A stretch of 64,000 nucleotides of DNA from the human T2T-CHM13v2.0 reference genome, Homo sapiens: assembly GCF_009914755.1 (NCBI RefSeq), contig NC_060939.1; one strand, given 5' to 3'. The position numbers and the translations under genes were made by a program. How positions within the stretch are numbered: the first letter of the stretch is position 1; the number at the start of each line of letters is the position of its first letter. This document shows positions 18,490 to 42,494 of this stretch, in pieces. The notes beneath the pieces were generated by a model, which worked only from the letters and a program-made list of their open reading frames with translations, was not told where the DNA came from and made no database searches.

Positions 18490-18600
18490 AGAGAACGGAG
18501 CAGCCCCAGGCCGGGCTTATATCCCCAAAGGGGAGGAGCCCCACAACAGGCAGACTGGGCAAAAATTAACCAGGGCTCCAACAGGCGAAGGTCACTGGAC
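18490..18600 (-). promoter_or_regulatory. ANPEP: ANPEP proximal (epithelial: intestine/liver/kidney) TATA promoter
   Basis: ATATAAG at 18516-18522; Sp1-like GGGAGGAGCC at 18531-18540; HNF1-like GGTTAATTTTTGCC at 18558-18571; nuclear-receptor half-site TGACCT at 18589-18594. Fits the established two-promoter architecture of ANPEP. Confidence 0.85.
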
Positions 18601-19283
18601 TGGGCAGGGGCACGCTCCGCCTGGGGAGAGGAGATCCAGGAACGGTGTGTGGAGCTGGGCTCGGGGGGTGCCTGCTGGAAGCAAACAGTGTCTGGTTACA
18701 GGCTGCAGGCGGCCTGGGATCAGGCCCGAGGGCTGAAGGGCAGGCTTCCGGCTGTAGGCCCAGTGGGCAAAGCAAGCGGCCAGGTGGCATTGCATTGATC
18801 TGCTTGAGAGCTGAGAGGGTGGGAACAGCATCAGAACTGAGGTTAGAGTCAGGGAAGGACTTCCCAGGGGCAAGAGGTGGGAGGTGCACAGAGAAGGGGT
18901 TCCCGGCTCCTATTAAGAACACACTGGGGTCACCCCTTTGGTTGCATCTCTGGAAGGATGCCAGGGGCTCCTCAGTGACAAGGTCCCAGCCTCCCTTGCA
19001 TTCTTCAAGAGCAGGGAGTTCCTCCAGGTTCCCCTCCCTGCCGCTTCTTGCCAAATACTTTTTCCTCCATTATCAGCTCACGGAATAAAATGAAATGAGT
19101 TGTTTTGCTTTTTTTGCTGAAGGCTTCACCTCTTTCCAGCTGTGACCTTGAGCAGGTAACTTTACCCTTCTGAACCTCTCTCCTCATAAATAAATAACAG
19201 TATTTGCCTCTCAGGTTTGTTGAACAGATTTAGTGAGAAAACATATTAAACACCAAATAGTAGAATGATTAAAAATCATTCCC

Positions 19284-23746
<4,463 letters not shown>

Positions 23747-26039
23747 CTAAAGCAGCCTTTCTATGGGTTTATGTATTTCTTCCCTGCCTATGTTTTAGTC
23801 CAGAAAACGTAAGTTCTTCTAAACTAAAACCAAAGCCAAAACCAAAAAACATGAAGGTTGACAACGATCATGCCAGGGCATAACTAAGTCACAGTCACAG
23901 TGTGGAAGACACCCACACTTGTGGGTGGGGAGAGGCTCCTTGGTCTCAGATGTGAAGTGCAAGAGGCTTTCTACTCTAATATGAAGACTCCAGGAGCCTG
24001 GGAGGGGCTGTGGCCGGGAGAGCTGAGCACCCGTGGCCGGGTGAGCTGCTGTGTTATCCATGCTCCATCCCCGACCACTGGGTCCTTGGGTAGGCCCCAC
24101 CCACTCCCACTCAGTGTCCCTGACTGTGAACTATGAGACTGGGAGCTCAGGGACAACCTGGGGCTCATTGTCTGCTCTGAGGGAGCAGTGAGCGAGAAGG
24201 GTAGGGACGAGGCTGGGCCTGGGCCAGGGCACACTCTGTCCCCGCAGGCCCCTGGCTTTCTCCCAGGCTTCTGAGGCCTCCGCCCATAGCTGCATCACCC
24301 CAGGGTGCTTCCTCTGGGAGCCTTGGACATTGCCCCTCCTGCAAGAACCTCAGAAGGCCCCAATGGGAAGTTGCCTCTCATCAGCCTCTTCAGCCCAATG
24401 CAGGGCACACAGGAGGAAGGAGCAGAGGCATTTGTGGGTGGGGGAAGTACACATAGGGTTTGTGTGGGGCCACAGATCCTGCCTGGCAACTCCTGTCTGC
24501 CAAATGGGGGGTGATTATCCTGGTGAGACACATGGTAGGTGAAACTGAGCACCTACTATGTGCCCTACCAGGATAATCACCCCCATTTGGCAAATGAGGA
24601 CACTGAGGCACAGAAAGGTTAAGTGATTTGCCCAAGGCCACACAGCTAGTTAGCAGCAGGTTCCACAGCTTAACTACATATGCCTCCTAAAAATGTCCTC
24701 CCATACAGCCCCTCACATCTACTGTGGCCGTGCCAAGGGGAGTTGAAGACCACAGGAGAAGACACGCACCCATTTGGCCAGACCAGGGCTGGGAGCTGGG
24801 GGTAGTTCTCAGAAGTAGAACTTGTTAGCCAGGGAGTGCTGGGGGCTGCTTCCAGACACAGGCCTGTGGAGGACCCACATCTTGCCTCCAAGGTGTGACT
24901 GGGACCACTGTAGGGCCAGGAGTGACAGGCACCCGGGGTGAAGCCCGGGCTAGGGATAGATGGCTGCCAGCCTATGTGAATAAGGACACCCCAGGGCCTC
25001 GGTGTGCGGCTGACACACTGTCCATGCCATGCCTCCAGGGCTGTCCAGGAGCCCCAGCATAGGGTTCCAGATCTCCCACCAGAGCCAGCCCAGGAACTGG
25101 ACCCAGTTCCAACACCTTGGCTCCTTCCGACATGGGGACACCCATCTATGTCCTCAGAATGCCTAGCATACAATTCTTACAGCGATGGGGCTGGAGGCCT
25201 TAGCTTAAAGGCTGTAGGGGTGTAAGGAGCGCCAGCGTGTAACGAAGGTCTCATTCCCCAGAAGGCTCTGGGGGAAGCACAGGGCAGGCGGCTGGGCTGC
25301 CTCAAGACACTGGGCCGGTTTCCCCACCTGTGAAGCGGGAGCAGCGCTGTGGGTGGCCTCCTTGCACTCATAGTGTGGCCTTCGAGGCTAGGGCTCCACA
25401 GGAAGGTGGCTGAGAGTGGATGAGGGCCTCATGGGCCCAGCACACCCTCCCACAGGGAGAGGGGAGTCCACCCTCTTCCCTGCCCAGCTCCCCCATACCC
25501 ACTGGGGCTAGCCAGCCTTCCTGTGGGACAGAGGCTGTCCCCACTTCCTCCTGGTCACCCCTACCCCACACGCCCACCTCCCCTCCACAAAACACATACC
25601 CTGAGGGGCCCTCTGGTCCAAGCCTCCCCTTTCACAGGTGAATTAACTGAGGCCCAGTAAGGCCAGGGCGTTTAGAGACTCAGGGATGAAGCCACATCAG
25701 ACCTCAGGTCTGGCTGAGACCAGGGCTCTGACCACCCCCGAACACGGCCTGGTGGGTTGCAGTCCAGGGGCTGAGGTGGGGGAGGAGTGGGGATCCAGTC
25801 ACAAAACCCCAGGACATAGCCCACCTGGGCCGTCCCTGCCCACCGCACTGCCGGGGGGGGGGGGTGCGTTCTGGAGTCATTTGGGGAAAGGATCCCATTG
25901 GCCCTGTTTAGGGGACCTTTTCCCAGACCAAGAGTGGATTGCAATGGGGCCCTGGATCTGTCTCAGTTGCTCACCAGGGAGGGCGTGGAATAGGCTCCAC
26001 AACCCCCAAACCTCGGTCCCCATCCATGCCCCGGCATCT

Positions 26040-27591
<1,552 letters not shown>

Positions 27592-27625
27592 TGAGCAGCT
27601 TTAATGGGCGGTACCAGATAATATT

Positions 27626-28120
27626 TGTATTGGTTCCCTGTGGCTGCCGTAACACAAACATAAAACAACACTAATTTACTATCTTACAAGTTTTGTAAAA
27701 TCAGAAGTCCAAAATGGGTCTCGCTGGACTAAAAGCAAGGGGGTTGAGGGATACAGCTTTCTTGAGGCTGGAAGGGAACCTGTTTCTTTGGCTTTTCTGG
27801 CTTCTAGAAGCTGCCCACATTCCTTGGCTGGTGGCCCCATCCATCTTCAAAGCCAGCAGTGGCCCACCAGTCTCTCACAATCTGTCACTCTGACACCAAC
27901 TGTTCTGCCTCTTGCTTCCACTGGTGAGCATCTTTGTGATTACATCGGGCCTACCCAGATAATCCAGGGTAATCTTTCTATTTTAAATCAATGGATTGGC
28001 AACTTGAATTCCACCTGCAACTGTAATTTCCCTTCGTGGGGTAGCATAACATATTCACAGATTCTGGGCATTAGAACCAGGGCATCTTTTGAGGAGGAGG
28101 ATATGATTATGTCTACCACA
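27626..28120. mobile_element. MLT1-type (MaLR) solo LTR
   Basis: Begins TGTATTGGTTCCCTGTGGCTGCCGTAACA; internal CTTCTAGAAGCTGCCCACATTCCTTGGCT and GATAATCCAGGGTAATCT; ends TCTACCACA. Confidence 0.75.
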
Positions 28121-28714
28121 ATATTCAAGCTGACTTCCAGACTTTCAGATTTATAATCAAATTTAAGCTCTTCCTTATCCATGATTGGAATCCTTGGGAC
28201 AGTTAAAGCCTTGCACTGCATGGTCCAAATTGATGGCTTTGTGACTGGCTGTGTTTTATTATTTTACTTGCACTTGCTCTTCTTTTGGAAACTTCATGGA
28301 GGACCAGGGTACCTCTAGGTAGCAGCCTTGCTTCTCCTTCCTAATTTGCTCTGTACTCTTAAAAACCAGGTCACAAACATATCGGAATATAGAATTGTGT
28401 GTAAAGTAAGAGTAAGTAGGCTGTGAGTGAGACCTCAGAGGCTATTTTGTTTTTTTTCTCTCTCCAGTCTCATGCATGTCTGACTCTCTCCACTATCATA
28501 TCTGGCATAATCTCCTCCATGTCTGACAAGCCAAGGAAAACACTACATCAGGCCAGGAGAGAATCTTCCCCCCGGAGCTCTGCCTCTCCCACCCAGGCTC
28601 CGCGGAGATTTTAAGAGGAGTAAAGATCCTGCTGTGGCAGAAGTGCAACCCAGCTTTCTGGAGGGCGGTTTGGGGTTAGGAATGAAGATCACTTTCAGAA
28701 ATTTAGCCTGAAGA

Positions 28715-33913
<5,199 letters not shown>

Positions 33914-36900
33914 AGGTGGAAGTGGGAGGGGCAGGCAGGACTCAGAATGATGCCTCCCTGCTCATCCTGCGTGGCATCCCTTGCTGCCACCTCCATCTCA
34001 GTAACTCAGCCCCACGTGGTGCTCGGAAGAGCCCTTGGGAGAGGGTGCGTGATCTCAGGGTGTGGCAGCTTAGTGGGGGACTTTCCCCAAAGACTCCTTC
34101 TCTAGGCTGGAGTCCCTTGGTGAGGACGGGAGCAGCTGTTTCTAAACCTCCCTCTCCCCACAAGCTTAAGCAGCACAGGCTGCCTGCAGGCACTTTGGTC
34201 AGCTGTGTGTATGTGTGGCTCCCGTGCACCGAGGATGACTGGTCTACCTGGGCAACAACAGCAGGGATAATAAGCTCCGTGGGCGCAGGGTTCCTGCCTG
34301 CGCTGTTTTCCACTGTATGCAGCACTTAGCACAGGACTTGGCACATATAGGGCGAACTAAAGAACCAAAGCAGGGCATGATGGTGTGCATCTGTCATTCC
34401 AGTTTCTCAGGAGGCTGAGGTGGGAGGATCGCTGGAGCCCAGGCCTTCGAGGTCAGCCTGGATAGAATGGTGAGATGACAGAAACCCCCACACTGTGACG
34501 AGGGAGGGCAGGAGAAGGTGAGTGTCCATGGGGCACTGTTGAGGAATGAGGTGCATTGTCAGATGGACAGGTGGAGGGAGGGTGTCCGTAGCAGAGGGAC
34601 CAACATTTCCAAAAGCAGGGGGTCCGGTGCATGGCGAGGGGGAGGCTGGAGTGCTCAGGGACAGTGGAGCTCTGAATGCCGAGCTAGGGAATTGAGCTCT
34701 ATTCCTGGGAATCCTGAATCCCTGATGAAGTTGGAGAAAAGGACACTGATGGAATTAGGTTTGCCTTTTAGAGAGAGCCCCTGGGGACAGTTTGGGGACC
34801 AGATTGGAAGGGTGCCAGGTAGGAGGCAGGAAGAGCAGTTGGTGGCGGGTGGGGGGGTGGGGTGCCCTCCAGAGACAGAAGGAGAGCAGTTCAGGGATAT
34901 TCCAGAGGTGGCTTCAGGAGGCCTGGTGACCAGCAGTGGGGGAGGGAGTCAGGGGAATGGGGCACCAGGGCTGCTGCTGGGGCTGGGGAGGGCAGTGCTA
35001 GAGTCAGTACTTCCTGGCACTGAGATTTTTTTTTTCAATTTCTTATTGCTGTTGTTTTCAAGAACTCAGTTTGGATTTTATTATAAAATTGATTAAAAAC
35101 ACATTTTTTGGAAAAAAAAAAAAAGACAAAGAGTAGCTTTTACAATGAACTTCTTTGGGAACTTTCTCAGGAAGTGGGAAAGGGCCTGTTGTTGTCCAGG
35201 CTGTGGAAGGGATGGAAAGGACCTAGAGCCCACAGAGGTCCCTGAGGTGGCAGCAGGGCAGGGCAGAGTGGGGTGGGGGGAGGAATGGACCAGGCAGGTG
35301 GGGACGCCAAGTCCCGCATGGCACCCCTCGGCGGGCTCCCTCCCCAGTGCCCCCTGGATGCCACACCTAAGCACGGATGTGGTTCCCCCAGGAGTCCCCC
35401 AGGGCAGGGCAGGGCAGGGACCCTGCAGAGGAATGCTGGGTAGGAGGCAGCTTTGTGGTCAGACAGACTTGGCTTCCTCAGAAGGTCTGACACAAGCTGG
35501 GCACTGGCCTGGGGTGGTTACTCACGCCTGAGCCATCAGCTTCCTCTGTAAAATGGGGACAATCCCTGGGGCTGTTGTAAGAATTAAATGAGAAAAATCC
35601 TGTACAGCATTTAGCAATGCCCAGCCCTTAAGAAGCCCTTGGAGAGGAGCCCCCCAGGGATTGTCTTAGTGGGTCTTTGACCAGGTGGTGTGGCTCACAC
35701 CTCCAAGCTGTCCCCTCTACAGAGGGGGTTGGGTGGGGGTGGGAGAGGAGACCTCATGCCTTCCGATCTGTCCTGGGCATGAGGTCTCCTCTTCTCCATC
35801 ACGGATGTCCCACCCACTCCCACGGGTTCACCATCTCCCTGGACACCATCCTCCATTTTCACCCATGGCCTAAGACGTCCTGCCCAGCCCCCTCCACAGA
35901 ACCAGCTCCTTGTAGTCATCTGAACCGGGCATCCTGGGGGCTCTCAAATATACCTCCAAACCTGACCCTGCCATCCTGCCCCTACACCTTGGCCAAGGGT
36001 GCCACGCCCATCAGGCTCTTTGCCTCCCTGTCCCCTATCCAATAGGCCTCAATTCTGCTCAATTCTGCAGCCACTGCCCTGTGCTCTGCCTTAGGGGAGG
36101 ACGCGGCAGCCGCTCACTGGCCACTCCAGCCTCCTAGGTGGTCCCCCTGCCCTCACCACAACCTCTGCTCCACTGGCAGCCGGACTGACCTTTTGGAGAT
36201 GTCACTGTCTCCCTCTCTCTCCCCTAAATTGTTGAAAATCCTTCAGGACTCCACCAATGCCAAGGTCAAACTCCATGCAAAGCATCACGCTGCCTCCTCT
36301 CCCACCATCAATGCATCAGCCTTTCCCTGGACCTGCAGCAGCCCCCTTGCCTCTCTCCCCTGGGAGGGGGACTGGCGGCAGGCTCCCCCGCATGGAGTCT
36401 GCTCCCTCCTGAGTGTGCCCGGCACCGGCATAAGGCAGACTGCCAGTAAAAGAGGGCTGAGGACGGGCTGGTGGTGCTCGGGGGTTCTGTCACCTGAGCG
36501 GTCCCTCAGGTGGCTGCATTCCTGGAATTTCTCTTCTTCTGAGCCCTCAGGAGGCCGTAGCGGTTCCACCCACCCAACTTGGCCCATATTGCTCCAGGGA
36601 ACCTGGAGAAAGGACCCCGACTGTCTTGGGAAGAGGCCCACCTGCATCTGGCCTCCCTAGCCCTCAGATCTGCATGAAACGTGGCTCCCACTACTGGCTG
36701 CCTACAAGGGAAGCGGGGCCACAGGCTGAGTGGTCACTGAAATTCACTCCAGGCTTCTGGGGGCTGGGGCCTGCACACAGCTGGAGGTTTCAGGGAAGGG
36801 TTAGGCCAGACCCCCAGTCCGACACTTGTACCTTTGAAGGGGGCAGAGCGTGGCAGTTAAGGATCAGGCTTCATATCTTGGCTGTGACACTTATTAGCTG

Positions 36901-37164
36901 AGTGGCCCTGGGCAAGTCACTTCTCTGTGCCTCAGTTTCCCCACCAGCAGATGGTAACGATGCTTTGCCTCTCAGGGTGGTAGTGAGCAGTGAGCAAATG
37001 CATGAGAAACGTGCCGGGCAGCAGGGCTCGGTGCATCCTGGCCATCTTATACCATCATTCCAGGCAGTTCCGGGCCTCGTAGCCTCTGACTCCATGCGTC
37101 CTCCTTCAGCCACAGTCCCAGGCCTCCTGCTCCCCATGGGGGTGGCCCAAGACCCTAGGGCTCA

Positions 37165-37585
37165 ATGATGTAATGACAAAAGTGTTTAGCAACCGGCAGA
37201 GAGTGGGCGCAGGGTGCAGGGCGTTGGCCCTGACTTTAGCATTTACCAGTTTCCATGGTGTAAATAAATAACCCTGCCCTGTCCAATTTCAAGCTGCTGT
37301 GGATGTGGAGTTGGGAACAGATGCCCAGTGGCACACCAGGGTATGATGTCTCCACCGCACAGATACAAGAGGCGTGGATAACCCCAAAAGCAGAAATGAT
37401 AGTCAAACATGTTAACATAATCAGGAAGTGGTAAGTGTTGCATATTACCTTTGCTCTTTTGACATACTTTGTGAGCATATGCAATTTAATTTTTAATGAT
37501 GGCTATGCTTGACAACTGACCCATGACATTACTGAAATGTGGACAGCTGGCTCTCCCAAGCAAGTCCAAGTTGGCCCCAGCCCCC
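37165..37585. mobile_element. MER63-like hAT DNA transposon relic
   Basis: Ends resemble MER63 (...TGTTTAGCAACCGGC; reverse strand GAGAGCCAGCTGTCCACATTTCAG...CATCATTAAAAATTAAATT). Family assigned from memory. Confidence 0.5.
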
Positions 37586-37755
37586 TGCGGTGCTGTTCTG
37601 TGCCGTCTCGCCCAGGGCACCAGGACCTGCTCTGAAAACTCTGTGGGGCCTGGCTTCAGCCCACCTTGTTTTCATCCCACGTGTCACTCTTTGGAACACC
37701 ATGTTTAAGCAGGGGCCATCTCTGGGTTTCTTTGTGTAGCCCGTGTTCAATCCTA

Positions 37756-38551
<796 letters not shown>

Positions 38552-41500
38552 TGGACTTTTGGTTTTGTCTGCAGCCTGGCTAGTTTCAGTCTAGGCTTTC
38601 CGCCTTCCCTTTGAGCCTGTGAGAGCTTCCCCACAGCCCTTCAGCGAGTGCCTTTCTGGGTTGGTTCTCTTTGCACTGGGAATCCTGACTGGTGCAAGGG
38701 AGCCGCTGTGTTCCCATTTCCCAGCTGAGGAAACACAACAGAGAGAGGTTAGGTGTGTTGCCCAAGGTCACACAGTTGGAAGTGGCAGAGGCAGGATTCA
38801 AACCAAGTTCACGTCTCCTTCAGGGCTTTAGGACTATGTATCATAGTAAAATGCCCTCTCACACACCATTCTGACCACCTGGAAGTGGGCAGATAAGGGA
38901 CTGGCTCAGGGTCACACAGTGAGACAGGAAGCTGGGCCTGTGCCCCCACCACACAGTGCCTCCTGCCCTCAAGGCTGAGTAGAGCGTGGAGCTTCACGCA
39001 TGTTGAGAGGGAAATGGAAGGAGTTGAATGCATTCATTGATTTGTTGAGCAATCTCGTACTTACTGACAGCTGAATATGGGTCAGGCACTGTCCCAGGCA
39101 CCAGCAAGGCAGCAGCAAAACAACAGTGAAAAAGAGAGTCGACATGGCACACACTGTCATATCGGGTGACAAGCGCCACAGAGGACAAAGTGGGGTGAGG
39201 GATGGGGAGTGAGGGGAGAAGTGGCTGCTTCAGCCAGGTGGGACCGGGAAGTCCTCTGCAGGTGAAGGCTGAGAGAAGTGAGGAGCAAGGGGGACCTGAA
39301 GACAGAGGCAGAGGGGATGGCAAGACAAAGGCCCTGCGTGGGAATGAGCCCGGCAGGTTTGAGAAGCATAAAGGCCAGTGTGGCTGGAAGGAGGGAGCCA
39401 GGCAGGGGTGCAAGATGAGGATGTGGGGTGGGTGGGGGCAGCTAAGCAGGGCCTTGGGTTTCTTTGAGGCTGGTGGGAAGCTTTTGGGAGGCTTTAAAGG
39501 CTGCAGGGCAGTGGGGGTCTGATGAATGCATGAGGTGGTTCACTCTGCGGTGGAGCGATGACATGAGCCACAAGGAGACAGAGGGGGAGGCAGAGACACT
39601 GCTGAGGGGCCTGAGGGGTTGTGGTGGTGTCCGGGCAGGGACACTGGGGTGGAGGATGCAGTGGTGACATGTGGGCTCCAGGACCACTGACTATCGTGCA
39701 GGATCTGGTGCTGGGGGGCAGTGAGTTCTCAGGGAGGGAAACTCGTGTCAGGGATGAGAAGACAGGGGCTGGGGATGCCGGGGACTGTGGGCCCAGAGCA
39801 AAGGGGAGCTATGACACCCAGAGAAAGGGTGGCCTTTGGCCTCTCCAGGGCAGGGGAGCCCAGGGCAGTTGGGCAGAGCTGGGCTGGGGCTGAGCCAGTT
39901 GGGCTGACAAGAAGGCTTGGGCGGGACCTGACAAGGAGGACTTGCTTCAGGGTGTCAACCTGTACCAGGCTCAGGCTGCAAGGCCAGGTAGTGTCACCGT
40001 AACCCTCACCTGGTTGACACAGGGTCTGGACCCAAGGATTTCCTTCCAACCCTGTAATATCATTATGTACTTTAAACAGCTACTGGGCTGCTTGACAGTT
40101 TCTAGGGCTGAGGCAGGGCCCAAATGGTGGAGAAGAGGCAGCTAGAGGCCGGGAACTCAGAAGGGGAATCTCAGCAAAAAACACCCCGAAGGAGCTGAGT
40201 CCTGCGGGAGCTCCCTCTACGTGAACTGACGGTGTTGTGGGAGCAGGTCCAGCCACACAAAGGAAGTTCCAGTAGAGCTGGCTCGGCAGTTGACAGTTTA
40301 AATCCTGGCTTGCCTCGGTGCTGCTGGCTTCGGTCCGCAGCTCCCTCTAGCCAGCCCACACCCAGCTGGGGAGCCACTCAGGGCTGGACAGGGGTCAGGG
40401 AAAGGGCATTCATGTCAAGTGCCCCGGACCAAGAGGCCGGAGAAAACCTTCAGTTCCAGGTTGCCTAGGGCAAAGGTGGTGATCTTTGGCAGCACAAAGT
40501 GCCCTGGGTTTGGGGCTGTCCTTTGGCCTCCAGTTTCAGTGCTAGCCTGGGAGTGTCCAGAGAGATGAAGTATGAGATGACTTGTCCCTCCCACCACAGT
40601 GCCCAAGTGGGAGGAGGCACGCTGACCCATGCAGCCACACACACAACCCACAGGCCTCATCTCTGACTCTCCCAGGCAAGCAAAGGAGCAGACTGCAGCA
40701 GCCCTCAGATGTGGCTGTTGCCTCGGAAGGAATGTTGCCTCGGAAGGAAGAGGAAGGGATCCCGGCGGAAGGAAGAGGAAGGGATCCTGGCGGCAGAGCC
40801 CACATGTGACACCAGTAACCCCCAACCCCTAAATCAGCTACCTCCATCCTGATTGGTCAATGCCTGAGCCATGCTGGTTGGTAAATATTTTGAGCATCAC
40901 CTCATTCTGCGGAACCAGGGGACTCATTTGTGAAAACTACCTGGAACTCCTGTCTATCAATTTTAGCTTAGCCTTTCTTTCACAGTGTGCAAAGGGCGTT
41001 CATTCTCAGCAATGCAGAAGGCAACCTCCAGCTTGTCTCTCCTGAAATTGCAGCCTGGTCCTTGGAGGCTGGGGGAGGGGACACCCCTGTTTCCAAGTGC
41101 TCCTGGGAGGCCAGGCTGTCAGAGCTGTACTAAAATGTAAGGTTTGCTCTTGAGAAGGCTCAAAGATCCCACTTCTCATGGGAAGCGTGGAGTCCCTGCA
41201 GGGGCCCCAACTCTCATCCAGGCCTGCGAGGTCAGAGGCCCTCTCACTGGTCCCCAGATTCAAGCTCCCGCCGTGCTTGCTGGGACTGCCAGATGTCCCT
41301 CCTGACTCCAGGGAAAGGAAGTTCCAGGCTCCTCTCCCCTCTGACCCCCATACCGTGGGTCCTGCCAGTTGCTAGTTGCTCTTCTATGTCTTCAGACGCT
41401 CCCCATCTTAAGATTCACTTTCTGCAGACCCCACCACCTCCTCAACCATTTTATCTAGCTGTGCCTCTGGATACGGGTGTGGGACCCCACTGACAGGCCA

Positions 41501-42488
41501 GGCCAGGGCCAGTGTGCATCACCATCCCCGTGCAGTGCCCTCCTTTAAGGCCCACTTTGGTTTCTGCTGCCCTCATTTCCTCTTCCCCTTCTGCCAGGAC
41601 CTGAGCTCTTTCTCCTTCCCAGCATCATCGAACTTATTCCATCCACCTCCTCAACTCCCATTCCCTCTGCAAGTCTCAGTGATAAGAGTAGCCAATGTTG
41701 ACTGAGTGAGTCCTTCATCGTCCGCATCAGTGATTCACTGAATCCGCACAGTAACCTACAAGGCAGGAATCATTACCCTCTTTTTCAGATGAGCAAACTG
41801 AATCTTCCGAAGGTTCAGACTGCACATTGCAGAGCTGGACTGTGACCCACACTAAGTTTGGACCTGCCCCACCATGAGGCTAGAGCCATCTCTTCACAGT
41901 TCTCACTCGGGGGGCTGGGCTGGGGCCAATGGAAGCCTGAGAGAGGCCGTCTCTTCCTGGTCCCCCTCCCCACTGAAAGTGCTTCCTTGACTTGAAGTCG
42001 CCCGCTGTCCAGATGCTCCTCTCTCCCCTGCCCACAGGCTCAGTCCTCAACCCTCTTGTCCCTCGGCCACAGCGCTCGCCCCCACACCTCCAATCATCAT
42101 CTCTGGGTGGAGACTCATTTCCTCTCCTGCCCACTCAGTTTCCCAGCTGGCTGGTGGACATCTGCCCCCAGAGATGCTTGGACAACCCCAACCGAATGCG
42201 TTCCACATCCAAACTCCTGATTGCCACCCTCCCAAACCCCCTCCCTCTCTCGAGAGCCCCATCCTTGCGCCTCCTCGTTACACGGGCTCCACCTGCCAAC
42301 ACCAGCTCTGCCATTCTCCTCTCCCTCAGCCTCCACGAGCCATCATCGGGTCCTTCCCACTTCCTGCTTCCAATACCACTATTCTGGTTCTCCTTCCCAA
42401 GTGCTGAGCACAGGGACCTGGAGAGCACATGCTGAGACTGTTAGAATGAACTGCCATTTGCCTCAACCGTTCACTCATCCAACAGTTA

Positions 42489-42494
42489 TTTATT
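42489..42494 (-). terminator. Candidate distal poly(A) signal of AP3S2
   Basis: AATAAA on the minus strand within an L2 3'-end relic. Confidence 0.6.
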
